Source: Fidelibacterota bacterium (GTDB lineage: Bacteria; Fidelibacterota; UBA8477; JABMPR01). Taken from it: a DNA stretch of 64,000 nt. The stretch covers positions 73,753 to 137,752 of the forward strand of contig JADHVL010000001.1 of assembly GCA_016784025.1 (NCBI GenBank). Reading direction: 5' to 3'. The translations under genes were made by a program, and so were the position numbers. Under the pieces are notes generated by a model, which searched no databases, had not been told where the DNA came from, and saw only the letters and a list, made by a program, of their open reading frames with translations. Below are positions 47,365 through 57,552 of the stretch, one piece after another (position 1 is the stretch's first letter; the number at the start of each line of letters is the position of its first letter).

Positions 47365-49525
47365 ATCTATGATTATATCCAGCATCCTCAGGGCTTTGTT
47401 GTTGTTGGTCCTGGCTCAACCCGCATTGGCGGAAAATGTATATCTATCAGTAGATGGTAGCGATCGTAACAAGGGCGATATAAAGGCACCCTTCGCAAGC
47501 CTGAAAAAAGCATTCCTGACCATGCAGGCTGGAGATACCTGTTTTGTAAGAGAGGGTTCTTATCATTTTGAGAGCCAATTAAAAAACATTGAAGGTTCAA
47601 AAGAAACGCCACTGGTAGTTCTAGCTTATCCTGGGGAAAAGGTTGTCATTGATGGAACAATCCAGGTCAAGGGTCGCTGGAAAAAACATCAGAAAAACAT
47701 CTATAAGTTGAAAGTAAAACAGGATATCTGGCAGCTCTTCTGGAACGATGAAATGGTCGTTCCTGCAAGATGGCCTAATGCACAGTATGCCGATAATTCT
47801 GTTTGGGATCAGAAGAAAACCTGGGCTAAGGGACTTCATAAGCAGGACACCAGGGAAAAACTTTATAATGATCCTGAAACACCCCATCAGTTAAAAGATC
47901 TCGATTTTTCCATAACTGGGGCCATGGCAATTCTCAATGTGGGCTCATTTACAACGACTACCCGTATGGTTCAGTCACACGAAAAAGGTGAAAACCATTT
48001 TAGTTTTAAAAAAGTGAAGGGCTATCGACCCAAACATCATTACTACTATCTTGAAGGGAAACTGGAGTTTTTAGACTCAGAGAATGAATGGTTCTACGAT
48101 AAGAAATCTCGAACGATCTATCTCTGGCAACCCGGTGGAGGCAAACCCAAAGCTGATCTCCGTGGCAAGGTCCAGACTTATGCAGCTGATTTTAACAATA
48201 GTCACTTCATCACCATCAAGGGGATTGACTTTTATGGGACAACCTTAAAATTTACGAATTGTACGAACATTCAACTGGAAGATTGTGATTTCCTGTATCC
48301 AAGCTATACCCGGAGACTGCTGGGTGATGAAGTCCATGAGGAATCCACTGCATTTTTTCAGAAAAATCCCAAAAAAGCAGCCAATAACACCATCCTGAAC
48401 TGTTCTTTTGCCTATACAGATGGACACGCTCTCTATATGGAAGGCACCCACAATCGGGTGGAGAATTCTCTTTTTCATGACATCGATTATTCAGTATCCG
48501 GTACACCCGGACTCCAGGTATCCATCCTCCTGAAAGGCAAGCACAATATATTTCGGAGAAATACGGTTCATACATGTGCCGCATCCTCAACCATAAGTGC
48601 CGGGGGCATCCCATTAGTAGAATTGAATCATGTATGGAATACGGGCTTTTTGCAGAGTGATGGTTCTATCACCCAGGTGAAGATCACTGGCCAGACCGGA
48701 TCAATCATACGTAATAACTGGTTCCGAAATACGGTTAAAAGTGGTGCTCGGTTTGACTCACCCATTCCACCCGTACGCTGGGGAAATGGCGGTCAGATGA
48801 ATCATAATGTCATGTGGGAATCTGAACGAGGAATCATGATCAAAGGTGAGCGACATTTCTGTTTTAACAACACCACATTTGAAATGGGATTAAATGGAAT
48901 CATTATCCTAGATGATTCTGGTGTGAAGGGAGGGGCGAATAAGGGCACTGTCACTCGCAACAACCTTTCTGGTAAACTCTCAGGTCATCGCAAGAATTAC
49001 ACACCGGTACCTGGAATTGTAGATCACAACTGGAACGCTTATGAAAATAAGGGCGATTACCACAAACAACTCAGGGATCCGGATAACTGGGATTTCAGAC
49101 CAAAGGCTGGCGCTGAAATTATTGATGGGGGAGCTGTTGTTAAAGATCGCTCTGAAAAATATATAGGGAATGCACCTGATATTGGCGCATATGAATTTGG
49201 CGAGAAGAATTATTGGATTCCAGGTAGACAAGAAACAACCAGCAGCATACCCATTCCTCGAGACAAAAATATTGCAGCAAAATCGGATGCTGATATCATG
49301 TGGTTACCTGCCTATAAAAGCAAGACAAGTCTGGTTTATTTTGGTGAATCCATTGATGTGGTCCAGAAAGCTACAAAAAAGTCGAAGGAATATAAGGGCT
49401 CACAGAACAATAATATCTTTACTCCAGGTCCATTAAAGTCGGGAAAAACCTATTTCTGGAGAATAGACAGCATCGTTGGAAAAAAGGTCATAAAAGGACC
49501 CGTCTGGAGCTTCACAGTTGAGTAA
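47351..49525 (+). CDS. Right-handed beta-helix protein, paralogue of 1362..3824 and 21129..23276, without T9SS CTD
   Basis: 724 aa with a signal peptide (LLLLVLAQPALA). Shared blocks VYLSVDGSDRNKGDIKAPFASLKKAF, WQLFWNDEMVVPARWPNA, FLYPSYTRRLLG, NWNAY, DFRPKAGAEIIDGG, APDIGAYEFG, YWIPG. It keeps the SIPIP..FWRID module but ends without a NYPNPFNP domain. Confidence 0.75.
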   Translation: MIKSKSMIISSILRALLLLVLAQPALAENVYLSVDGSDRNKGDIKAPFASLKKAFLTMQAGDTCFVREGSYHFESQLKNIEGSKETPLVVLAYPGEKVVIDGTIQVKGRWKKHQKNIYKLKVKQDIWQLFWNDEMVVPARWPNAQYADNSVWDQKKTWAKGLHKQDTREKLYNDPETPHQLKDLDFSITGAMAILNVGSFTTTTRMVQSHEKGENHFSFKKVKGYRPKHHYYYLEGKLEFLDSENEWFYDKKSRTIYLWQPGGGKPKADLRGKVQTYAADFNNSHFITIKGIDFYGTTLKFTNCTNIQLEDCDFLYPSYTRRLLGDEVHEESTAFFQKNPKKAANNTILNCSFAYTDGHALYMEGTHNRVENSLFHDIDYSVSGTPGLQVSILLKGKHNIFRRNTVHTCAASSTISAGGIPLVELNHVWNTGFLQSDGSITQVKITGQTGSIIRNNWFRNTVKSGARFDSPIPPVRWGNGGQMNHNVMWESERGIMIKGERHFCFNNTTFEMGLNGIIILDDSGVKGGANKGTVTRNNLSGKLSGHRKNYTPVPGIVDHNWNAYENKGDYHKQLRDPDNWDFRPKAGAEIIDGGAVVKDRSEKYIGNAPDIGAYEFGEKNYWIPGRQETTSSIPIPRDKNIAAKSDADIMWLPAYKSKTSLVYFGESIDVVQKATKKSKEYKGSQNNNIFTPGPLKSGKTYFWRIDSIVGKKVIKGPVWSFTVE

Positions 49526-49565
49526 AAACTATCTGGACGCGCGGAGCCTACCTGGGATCACGAGC

Positions 49566-49704
49566 GTCTCCCTGAGGCTCTCGAAGGGGGAGACGTATAG
49601 AGATTATCATCCTTCGAGAACCTCAGGATGACAAACTGATGCAGCACAAAGATTGACAAATAGAGCACACACCCTAAACCGGACACTGAGCTTGTCGAAG
49701 TGTC
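49566..49704. repeat. Three hairpin-family members with different stems
   Basis: 49566-49594: GTCTCCC TGAGGCTCTCGAA(GG)GGGAGAC. 49607-49631: TCATCC TTCGAGAACCTCA GGATGA (reverse core). 49682-49704: GACAC TGAGCTTGTCGAA GTGTC. Confidence 0.65.
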
Positions 49705-49745
49705 AACACCACTCAAATTTTACATGATATGATTGTAAGGCATGA

Positions 49746-51395
49746 ATGCAGAAAATGAGAGATATGATGAATACTAAATCAACATCCCTATCCCGCAGAA
49801 AATTCATGAAGCAGATCGCAATAGGTGGCCTTGCTCTGGCAGGTTCATCCCCCTTGCTTTCTTGTATCTCCAGCAAGAAGTCCCTTAAGAAGAAACCTAA
49901 TATCCTGTACATCATGTCAGATGATCATGCGGCGAATGCCATCAGTGCCTACAAGGGCTGGTTGAGCGAAACACTTCCAACCCCCAATATTGATCGTATC
50001 GCCAGTCAGGGAATGCGATTTGATAATTGCTTTTGTACCAATTCAATCTGTACTCCAAGCAGAGCCAGTATTCTCACCGGACAATATGGTCATTTAAATG
50101 GAGTAAGAACTCTGGATGATCCATTGCCAGCAGGCACCAAGCATGTTGCGCATGAATTGCAGAAATCTGGCTATGAGACCGCCATTATCGGTAAATATCA
50201 CCTCCACGGGGATCCCCAGGGTTTCGATCACTGGAATGTCCTCACGGGTGTGCTGGGGCAGGGAACCTACTTCGATCCGGTCATGAAAAATCAGGACGGT
50301 GACGAAAAGGTCCATCCAGGGTATGCCACTGATGTGGTCACCGATGAAACATTGAAGTGGCTCGAGGCTAGAGATGAAGAAAAACCATTCTTTCTTCTCT
50401 GTCAGCACAAAGCACCCCACGGTCTCTGGGAATACCCTCCACACTATGAACATCTGCTTGATGACATCGAAGTACCTGAACCTCCCAGCTTCTGGGAAGA
50501 TAAATCTCACCGGTCCGAATCAACCCAGGGCTATGGTTCCAATCTGTATAAGCTCGGGAAGCGTATGGAGAGGGGCAGCGCGGGCAAGGAATGGCCCACA
50601 GGTGCTCTGGATGCCTCAGGAATGGACGCAGATCAAATAAAGAAGGCTGGATACCAGAAATACATACGGGACTATCTCCGTTGTGTTGCGGCCATTGATG
50701 AAAATGTTGGTCGTATACTTGATTATCTGGACCAGAGTGGTTTGGCTGAAAATACAGTGGTTATTTATACCTCCGATCAGGGTCAATTTCTTGGAGAACA
50801 CGATTACTACGACAAACGTTGGATGTATGAAGATTCCCTGAGAATGCCGTTCCTGATTCAATATCCTGGTGTAACTCAGCCCGCAAGTTTCGATGAAAGT
50901 CTCATACTAAATATTGATTTTGCACCCCTGTTTCTGGATATAGCCGGTGGAGAAAAATCTATGGGGATGCAGGGTCAATCATTTCTTCCTCAATTAGGTG
51001 GGGAAGTTCCAGGTGACTGGCGGAAATCCATGTACTATCGCTACTGGATGCATATGGCTCACCATAACGTCCCCGCTCACTATGGGATCAGGACGGAGCG
51101 CTATAAACTTATCTTTTTCTATGGCCTGGGTCTGGGTCTGGTTGGTGAAAAAACATCCGAAACCATGGATAAAACAACCGAAGCCCTGGATCACTATCGA
51201 CCCAGTCCTCCAGGATGGGAACTCTATGATCTGAAAGAAGATCCGGGTGAGTTGAACAATGTCTATGATGATCCTCAATACTCAGATGTGATCAAAAAAC
51301 TCAAAGTTGAATTACTAGCGTTGAAAGAGCAATATGGTGACACAGATGATATATATCCAGACCTGATGAAAGTCAGACACGAAGCCTGGGATTAG
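49746..51395 (+). CDS. Formylglycine-dependent sulfatase, Tat signal plus lipobox
   Basis: 549 aa. SRRKFMKQIAIGGLALAGSSPLLSC, PNILYIMSDDH, and C-T-P-S-R in SICTPSRASILTGQY. Confidence 0.85.
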   Translation: MQKMRDMMNTKSTSLSRRKFMKQIAIGGLALAGSSPLLSCISSKKSLKKKPNILYIMSDDHAANAISAYKGWLSETLPTPNIDRIASQGMRFDNCFCTNSICTPSRASILTGQYGHLNGVRTLDDPLPAGTKHVAHELQKSGYETAIIGKYHLHGDPQGFDHWNVLTGVLGQGTYFDPVMKNQDGDEKVHPGYATDVVTDETLKWLEARDEEKPFFLLCQHKAPHGLWEYPPHYEHLLDDIEVPEPPSFWEDKSHRSESTQGYGSNLYKLGKRMERGSAGKEWPTGALDASGMDADQIKKAGYQKYIRDYLRCVAAIDENVGRILDYLDQSGLAENTVVIYTSDQGQFLGEHDYYDKRWMYEDSLRMPFLIQYPGVTQPASFDESLILNIDFAPLFLDIAGGEKSMGMQGQSFLPQLGGEVPGDWRKSMYYRYWMHMAHHNVPAHYGIRTERYKLIFFYGLGLGLVGEKTSETMDKTTEALDHYRPSPPGWELYDLKEDPGELNNVYDDPQYSDVIKKLKVELLALKEQYGDTDDIYPDLMKVRHEAWD

Positions 51396-51425
51396 ATCGT
51401 AATTTGAATCAATGAAGGAAAGAAC

Positions 51426-53663
51426 ATGAAACTAAAAGTTATTCTATTAGCCCTAGTCATACTGCTCAATAGTTGTGATGAAAAATCTATCTCAATATAC
51501 ATCTCACCCGATGGTGCTGACGCGAATGCAGGGAGTATCGAAGCCCCTGTTGCTACCATGACAAAAGCTAAGTTCTTGGTGCAGGAAGCCCTGGAACAAG
51601 GGTACACAGGCGATATCTCGGTCGTTCTAAAGGGGGGTGTATACCGTCTGGATGAAACACTGGTTCTGGGATTGAAGGATGGTGCCAGTGAGGGTCAAAC
51701 GATCAGTTGGGAAGCAGCAGATGGTGAACAGCCAGTTATCACTTCCACCAAAGTACTTTCCGGGTGGCAAAAACTTTCTGGCTCAGTTGAGGGTTTACCA
51801 ACCGTTGCTGAGGGGAAAATATATGTTGTTGATTTGAAAGGTCAGGGTCCAGAATCCTGGAATTTTAAAACTCTGTATGATGGAGAAACACTTCTACCCA
51901 GAGCCAGGACCAAAGGCTTTCAGCCCACGACAGCCTGTCCCACACCCACTTTGGCAAACCGCTGGGAAGATCTCCAAACCCTCCATTTTCCAGAAGGAAC
52001 CATCCGAAATTGGTCCAATCTATCAGATGTTGAAATATTTATTCGACCGACCCATCAGTGGCTGGTCAACTATTTGACTCTTGAAAGTGTTGATGAAGAA
52101 AATCTGGTGGCAAAAACAACCATTCCCGGCACTTACCGACTCTGTCAGGTGAAGAACAAACCATGGAAAGAAACCTGCTGGGTTGAAAATGTCTTTGAAG
52201 GACTTGACCAACCTGGTGAATGGGTTTTGGACTCTAAAGCTGGTAAACTTTACCTGTGGCCAACGAAAGGCGATCCTGGTGATAATATTCAGGCACCAAC
52301 CCTACCGACATTGGTACGGGTAGAAGGCAAAAATGTCTACGAAGTTGAGGGGGATATACCCGTAAAAGGAATCCAATTCAAGGGCTTAACTTTCACTGGT
52401 ACAGATCGTGACACCTGGACAAAAGAAGATCGCGGAATCCAGCACGACTGGGATATGTATGACAAAGACAATACACTGCTTCGTTTCAGATCTGCAGCGG
52501 ATTGTAAAGTCATAGCATGTGATTTTCGAAACGCCGGGAGTGGGGGTATACGAATAGATCTTTACGGTCAGAATATAGAGATCCGTTCCAATAAGATTCA
52601 TAACCTGGGCGGTACGGGCATTCTACTGTCAGGCTATGGACCTGGGGTAAAAGATGTAAACTTTGGCCACAGTATCGTGGATAACGAGATGTCCAGGATT
52701 GGTCAACTCTATCTACATAGTCCTGGAATTTTTGTCTGGCAATCCGGTGAAAATAAAATTCTGAATAATTACATTCACGACTTGCCTTACGATGCCATTG
52801 TTCTCAGTGGTGTCCGTCCCCGTTATTTCGGCATCATGGATCCAGTGAAGTGGACCGGCTACGCTATTCCCAGAAGAATTCGTGAAAATATGCAGGTGAT
52901 CCGCTGGGAAGAGACCGGTGATCCCAAAACAGCTGAGGATGCTCTGAAATTCGCCCATGCGCGCAATAATCTGGTACAGGATAATGAATTTCACAATGTC
53001 ATGGAAGTCCTGGGAGATGGAAATGCCATTTATCTATCCTGCGCAGGGAAAGGCAATATAATCAAGCGTAACCTGATCTATAAGACCACCAAAGCAGCCA
53101 ACGAAATACGCTTTGATGATGATCAGGAAGAATCCTATGTGGAACAGAATATTGTCTTTGGAAATGGTATCAAACTGAAACACACCAACTACATACTCAA
53201 CAACGTCATTATTGGTGGAGGGATATCCATCAGACCTGAGACTGCAGTCGGTGCAAAAGTGAACAAGAATATCACCTACGGTATCGGTACTCCCGTCAGA
53301 TTTTATAACACAAATGTTGAAAAGAAGCTGAAGGGACTACTGGACCTGGCAAATCCTGATTACAATCTCTTTTATGCTGATAATGTGGAAGCCGGTCGCA
53401 AATCACTTCAGCAAGTTCAGGCTCTGGGTCATGAAGCTCATGGAATATTTGGTGATCCCCTGTTTAAAGATTTAGCCAGGGGAGATGTTCGTCTTACTGA
53501 GTATTCACCAGCACGATCATTGGGCATTGCATCTATAGATATCATGAAAATTGGATTACTTAATGAGCCCAGTTTTGAAAGAATCTGGAAAAATAACACT
53601 GAACTCTGGAGCGCAGAATCTCTGGAAGACCATTCAGGAGAAAATCTGCAACTTGTGAAATAG
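51426..53663 (+). CDS. Right-handed parallel beta-helix repeat lipoprotein
   Basis: 745 aa. Lipobox LLNSC. PbH1-like repeats (CDFRNAGSGGIRIDLYGQNIEIRSNKIHNLGGTGILLSG, NNYIHDLPYDAIVLSG). No CTD. Confidence 0.7.
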   Translation: MKLKVILLALVILLNSCDEKSISIYISPDGADANAGSIEAPVATMTKAKFLVQEALEQGYTGDISVVLKGGVYRLDETLVLGLKDGASEGQTISWEAADGEQPVITSTKVLSGWQKLSGSVEGLPTVAEGKIYVVDLKGQGPESWNFKTLYDGETLLPRARTKGFQPTTACPTPTLANRWEDLQTLHFPEGTIRNWSNLSDVEIFIRPTHQWLVNYLTLESVDEENLVAKTTIPGTYRLCQVKNKPWKETCWVENVFEGLDQPGEWVLDSKAGKLYLWPTKGDPGDNIQAPTLPTLVRVEGKNVYEVEGDIPVKGIQFKGLTFTGTDRDTWTKEDRGIQHDWDMYDKDNTLLRFRSAADCKVIACDFRNAGSGGIRIDLYGQNIEIRSNKIHNLGGTGILLSGYGPGVKDVNFGHSIVDNEMSRIGQLYLHSPGIFVWQSGENKILNNYIHDLPYDAIVLSGVRPRYFGIMDPVKWTGYAIPRRIRENMQVIRWEETGDPKTAEDALKFAHARNNLVQDNEFHNVMEVLGDGNAIYLSCAGKGNIIKRNLIYKTTKAANEIRFDDDQEESYVEQNIVFGNGIKLKHTNYILNNVIIGGGISIRPETAVGAKVNKNITYGIGTPVRFYNTNVEKKLKGLLDLANPDYNLFYADNVEAGRKSLQQVQALGHEAHGIFGDPLFKDLARGDVRLTEYSPARSLGIASIDIMKIGLLNEPSFERIWKNNTELWSAESLEDHSGENLQLVK

Positions 53664-53672
53664 GATCCCAAC

Positions 53673-55214
53673 ATGAACCGAATAGGAATAATTAGTCTGA
53701 TCTGTGTAAGCTGTATTGGATTTGTCCTGAATTGTCAGACCAAAACATTACCTGTACCAGAGACCGCCACCGTGGAGCCTTTCGAGGATAGCTGGGAATC
53801 CCTGGTGAAACACGAAGACCCCGTCTGGTTCAGAGATGCAAAATTTGGAATCTATACCCATTGGGGTGTTTATTCGGTACCAGCGTGGGGTCATGAATGG
53901 TACCCTCGCAAGATGTATATCGAGAAAGACCACCGACGTGGGAATTATTTTACGCATCATGCTGAAACCTGGGGTGATCAAACTGAGTTCGGTTATAGCG
54001 ATTTTGTACCTCTGTTTACAGCTGAAAAATTTGATGCTGAGGAATGGGCAGATCTGTTCAAGCGTTCTGGTGCCCAGTTTGCCGGACCGGTCGCCGAGCA
54101 TCATGATGGTTTTGCCATGTGGGATAGCGATCTCACCGAGTGGGACGCTGTCGATAAAGGTCCCAAACGAGACATCGTTGGTGAACTTGCCACAGCTATC
54201 CGTGCCCAGGATATGAAATTCATGGCTTCACTGCACCATGCCCGAAAATGGTGGTATTTCGAGCCGTCTTTTCGTGAGGATCACCGCTTTGATACACAGA
54301 ATCCTGAATTAGCTGGGCCCTATGGAATGTTTCCGCCCATCCATGAGGCAGGGGATGCACCAACACCAGCCTATATGAAAGCCTGGGAAGAGAAGACCGT
54401 GGAAGTTATAGATAAATATGCACCCGACCTTCTCTGGTTTGATTCGGGTCTTGAGCGTGAAAAATTCTGGCGTGAATCCCGAGATGAATTTCAGGCTTAT
54501 AAGAAGCGTTTTCTTGCCCACTATTACAATGATGCTGTCAGCAAGGGAAAAGAAGTTGGTGTTGCCTATAAACATAATGATCTACCTGTTGGAGCTGGAA
54601 TCCTGGATTTTGAACGAGGGCGCATGGATAGTCTGGCATCCTTCCCCTGGTTGACAGATACTTCAATTGACAACGTTTCCTGGAGTCATGTCGAAAATTC
54701 AGATTATCGTTCAGTCAACGAGCTCATCGATGTGTTGGTAGATATTGTGAGTAAGAATGGCTGTCTCTTACTGAACGTGGGTCCACGGGCAGATGGATCT
54801 ATCCCTGAAGGAGCTCAGGAAACCCTGCTAGGAATGGGAGAATGGCTTAGAATCAACGGTGAAGCAATTTTTGGTACTAGACCCTGGGTTAAATACGGGG
54901 AAGGTCCTACGAAGGAAATCGGTGGGGCGTTCAGTGAACGGAAAAACAAAGTGAGTTATGTTCCACAGGATATTCGCTTTACTACGAGAGATGATGTGCT
55001 CTATGCCATTGCCATGGGATGGGATGATTCAGGACAGCTCAACATCAACTCATTGGCGAAAGGTGCAGAACACGTTAAACCTATACGCGGAATATCACTA
55101 CTGGGTTATGATGGGGATATCAGCTGGGAAGCCACGACTGAACAATTGGCCATCCAACTCCCAAAAAAGCAAATAGGGCAGCATGCTTTTGTGTATAAGA
55201 TTGATTTTAAGTAG
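53673..55214 (+). CDS. GH29-type alpha-L-fucosidase, lipoprotein
   Basis: 513 aa. Lipobox VLNC. FGIYTHWGVYSVPAWG, QFAGPVAEHHDGFAMWDS, DLLWFDS, SKNGCLLLNVGP. Confidence 0.8.
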   Translation: MNRIGIISLICVSCIGFVLNCQTKTLPVPETATVEPFEDSWESLVKHEDPVWFRDAKFGIYTHWGVYSVPAWGHEWYPRKMYIEKDHRRGNYFTHHAETWGDQTEFGYSDFVPLFTAEKFDAEEWADLFKRSGAQFAGPVAEHHDGFAMWDSDLTEWDAVDKGPKRDIVGELATAIRAQDMKFMASLHHARKWWYFEPSFREDHRFDTQNPELAGPYGMFPPIHEAGDAPTPAYMKAWEEKTVEVIDKYAPDLLWFDSGLEREKFWRESRDEFQAYKKRFLAHYYNDAVSKGKEVGVAYKHNDLPVGAGILDFERGRMDSLASFPWLTDTSIDNVSWSHVENSDYRSVNELIDVLVDIVSKNGCLLLNVGPRADGSIPEGAQETLLGMGEWLRINGEAIFGTRPWVKYGEGPTKEIGGAFSERKNKVSYVPQDIRFTTRDDVLYAIAMGWDDSGQLNINSLAKGAEHVKPIRGISLLGYDGDISWEATTEQLAIQLPKKQIGQHAFVYKIDFK

Positions 55215-55243
55215 AAGTTAGTAATTAAAGGGAAGATAGACTT

Positions 55244-56065
55244 ATGATAAAAACTTTAATATCAAAACAAGCTAGAATTTTCATAGCGTTATCAGTTCTC
55301 ATCAGTGTCTTTTGGTTGAACGCTTGCATGGAATCAACAGCGGGTACAGTGACGGCAGCACCCGAGGTAAAAAATCAAAAGCCTGCAGCACTATCCAGCG
55401 AAAAAACTATTTACACGGATCAGGAATTGTGGACTTCAAGTTTGAAAAAGAAGCAGCTCAAACAACCCGCCTTTGCTTTTGTGAAAGCAGATCCATCCTT
55501 GCCTAACGTTCTGCTAATGGGCGGACCAATATCAGTCGGCTACACACCCTCAGTTCGTGAAGAATTGGCTGGTTTAGCAAATGTTTATCGCATTCCTGCA
55601 AGTGGAGGGGATACCAAATCAGCCCTGAAAAATCTTGAGAAATGGCTGGCAGGTAGTCATTGGAAAGTCATTCATTTTAACTGGGGTATGAATGATCTTA
55701 AAAGAAGAAAGAAAACTGAATCGGGTGAAACACCACCAAACCGTGTGATGGTTGAACAATACGCCAATAACCTGGAACAAATCGTTTCAAAATTAGAAAA
55801 ATCTGCTGAATCACTCATCTGGGCCTCCACAACGATTATCCCGGATAGCGCAAAAAGTCGCGTTGCAGGTGATGAAGTTATCTACAATCAGGCTGCGCTT
55901 GAAGTGATTGAAAAACATCCTGCTGTCAAACTTGATGATCAGTACTCTCTTTCCAGGAATAACCCTGAGGATCAAAAACCCGGGAGCGTCAGCTTTAAAA
56001 AAGAAGGTCAACAACGACAGGGTCTTCAAGTGGCTAATAGCATTAAGAATGTATTAGGTGAATAA
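55244..56065 (+). CDS. SGNH/GDSL-like hydrolase lipoprotein (possible carbohydrate esterase)
   Basis: 273 aa. Lipobox WLNAC. Block-III-like HFNWGMNDL. The block-I region LLMGGPISVGY deviates from GDS and I could not find a clear DxxH, so the assignment is weak. Confidence 0.4.
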   Translation: MIKTLISKQARIFIALSVLISVFWLNACMESTAGTVTAAPEVKNQKPAALSSEKTIYTDQELWTSSLKKKQLKQPAFAFVKADPSLPNVLLMGGPISVGYTPSVREELAGLANVYRIPASGGDTKSALKNLEKWLAGSHWKVIHFNWGMNDLKRRKKTESGETPPNRVMVEQYANNLEQIVSKLEKSAESLIWASTTIIPDSAKSRVAGDEVIYNQAALEVIEKHPAVKLDDQYSLSRNNPEDQKPGSVSFKKEGQQRQGLQVANSIKNVLGE

Positions 56066-56106
56066 CATAACTAGCTGTGTATCAGCTAAATAGAAAGATC
56101 ATATAA

Positions 56107-57531
56107 ATGAAATACACACTGTTTTCAATTCTCCTCATTATAAGCTTCATTATGATCGGGTGTGCACCGACACAAGTCGAGGTAACACCAGAAACGACAC
56201 CCATTCCCTTAGAAGATCGTCGTGCTACCACTGAAACCATGGAGAAATGGAATGATTGGAAGTTTGGTCTCTTTGTTCATTGGGGACCCTGGTCACAAAC
56301 CGAGATTGGAGCAATCTGGAAGATTGTTAAAACCGACACACCTGAAGAACGGGAACAAAGATTCGAACTTTATAAAACGTTCGATCCAGTAAACTTTGAT
56401 GCCAGTGAGTGGGCTCAGATTGCCAAAGACGCTGGCATGAAATACATGGTTTTCACGACCAAACATCACGACGGTTTCTGTAATTTTGAAACAGCGGTTA
56501 CAGATTTTAAAATTACCAACCCAGACTGCCCCCATAGTAGATCAGCAAATCCTGACATAACGGGTGAGCTGGTTAAGGCATTTCGCAATGAGGGCATGGG
56601 CATCGGGCATTATTACTCTCATATCGATTGGTACCACCCCCAGGGCAAATATTTTTCAAGACGTCACTGGGAGTACGATGAGTCCAAAATTGATTCGGAT
56701 CCAGAGGCATGGAAGAAATTCGTTGGATTTGAGAAAACCCAGGTTAAAGAATTAATGACCCAGTACGGTGATATCGATATCATGTGGTTTGATATTCGTT
56801 GGCCAGGTTCCACTCGCAACGATAATGGTATTCATCATCGGATCAAACATCCCGTCGTTAAAGAAGATGTTATAGATATGGTTACCATGATGAGAGATCT
56901 GCATCCTGGACTTATCATTAACGATCGTGGTGTACACAGTTATGGCGATTTTGCCACTCCCGAACAGAAAATTCCCGAAGTTGCTCCAAAAGGCTATTGG
57001 GAAACCAATATGACAGTCTCTGATCCCAATCGACGTAAGGCAGGCGGTTTCTGGTACAAAGGACCTGATGCACTTTACAAATCTCAGGAAGAACTTCTCA
57101 GAGTTATGGCGGAAGTCTTTTCCAAGGGCGGTAACTTTCTACTCAACGTAGGACCACAACCCGACGGGAAGATTCCAGCAGGGGAAGTCGCAGCCTTGAA
57201 GGGAATCGGAGATTGGTTGGAAGTAAATGGGGAGGCCGTCTATGGTAGTAAACGTAGTCCACTTTCAGTAGTACCTGAATGGGGCTTCATCACTCGCAAA
57301 GCCAATACACTTTATTTATATGTATTCGATTGGCCTGGTGAGGGAGCCCAGATAACTCTAGGCGTATCCAATAAAGTGCTGAGTACCAGGTTGTTAGGGA
57401 GTGATCATCAAGTAGATACCAGCATATCTGAGGCTGGTGTAAATATCATCTTCCCCAAAGAAAAATTGCATCCTGTAGTTTCCGTAGTGGCTATCGAGCT
57501 GGATGGGAATGCAGTAGAAATAATGCCATAA
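56107..57531 (+). CDS. GH29-type alpha-L-fucosidase, lipoprotein
   Basis: 474 aa. Lipobox IMIGC. FGLFVHWGPWS, KYMVFTTKHHDGFCNFET, IMWFD, SKGGNFLLNVGP. Confidence 0.8.
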   Translation: MKYTLFSILLIISFIMIGCAPTQVEVTPETTPIPLEDRRATTETMEKWNDWKFGLFVHWGPWSQTEIGAIWKIVKTDTPEEREQRFELYKTFDPVNFDASEWAQIAKDAGMKYMVFTTKHHDGFCNFETAVTDFKITNPDCPHSRSANPDITGELVKAFRNEGMGIGHYYSHIDWYHPQGKYFSRRHWEYDESKIDSDPEAWKKFVGFEKTQVKELMTQYGDIDIMWFDIRWPGSTRNDNGIHHRIKHPVVKEDVIDMVTMMRDLHPGLIINDRGVHSYGDFATPEQKIPEVAPKGYWETNMTVSDPNRRKAGGFWYKGPDALYKSQEELLRVMAEVFSKGGNFLLNVGPQPDGKIPAGEVAALKGIGDWLEVNGEAVYGSKRSPLSVVPEWGFITRKANTLYLYVFDWPGEGAQITLGVSNKVLSTRLLGSDHQVDTSISEAGVNIIFPKEKLHPVVSVVAIELDGNAVEIMP

Positions 57532-57552
57532 TTGATTCTCAGGACTTTTTGA

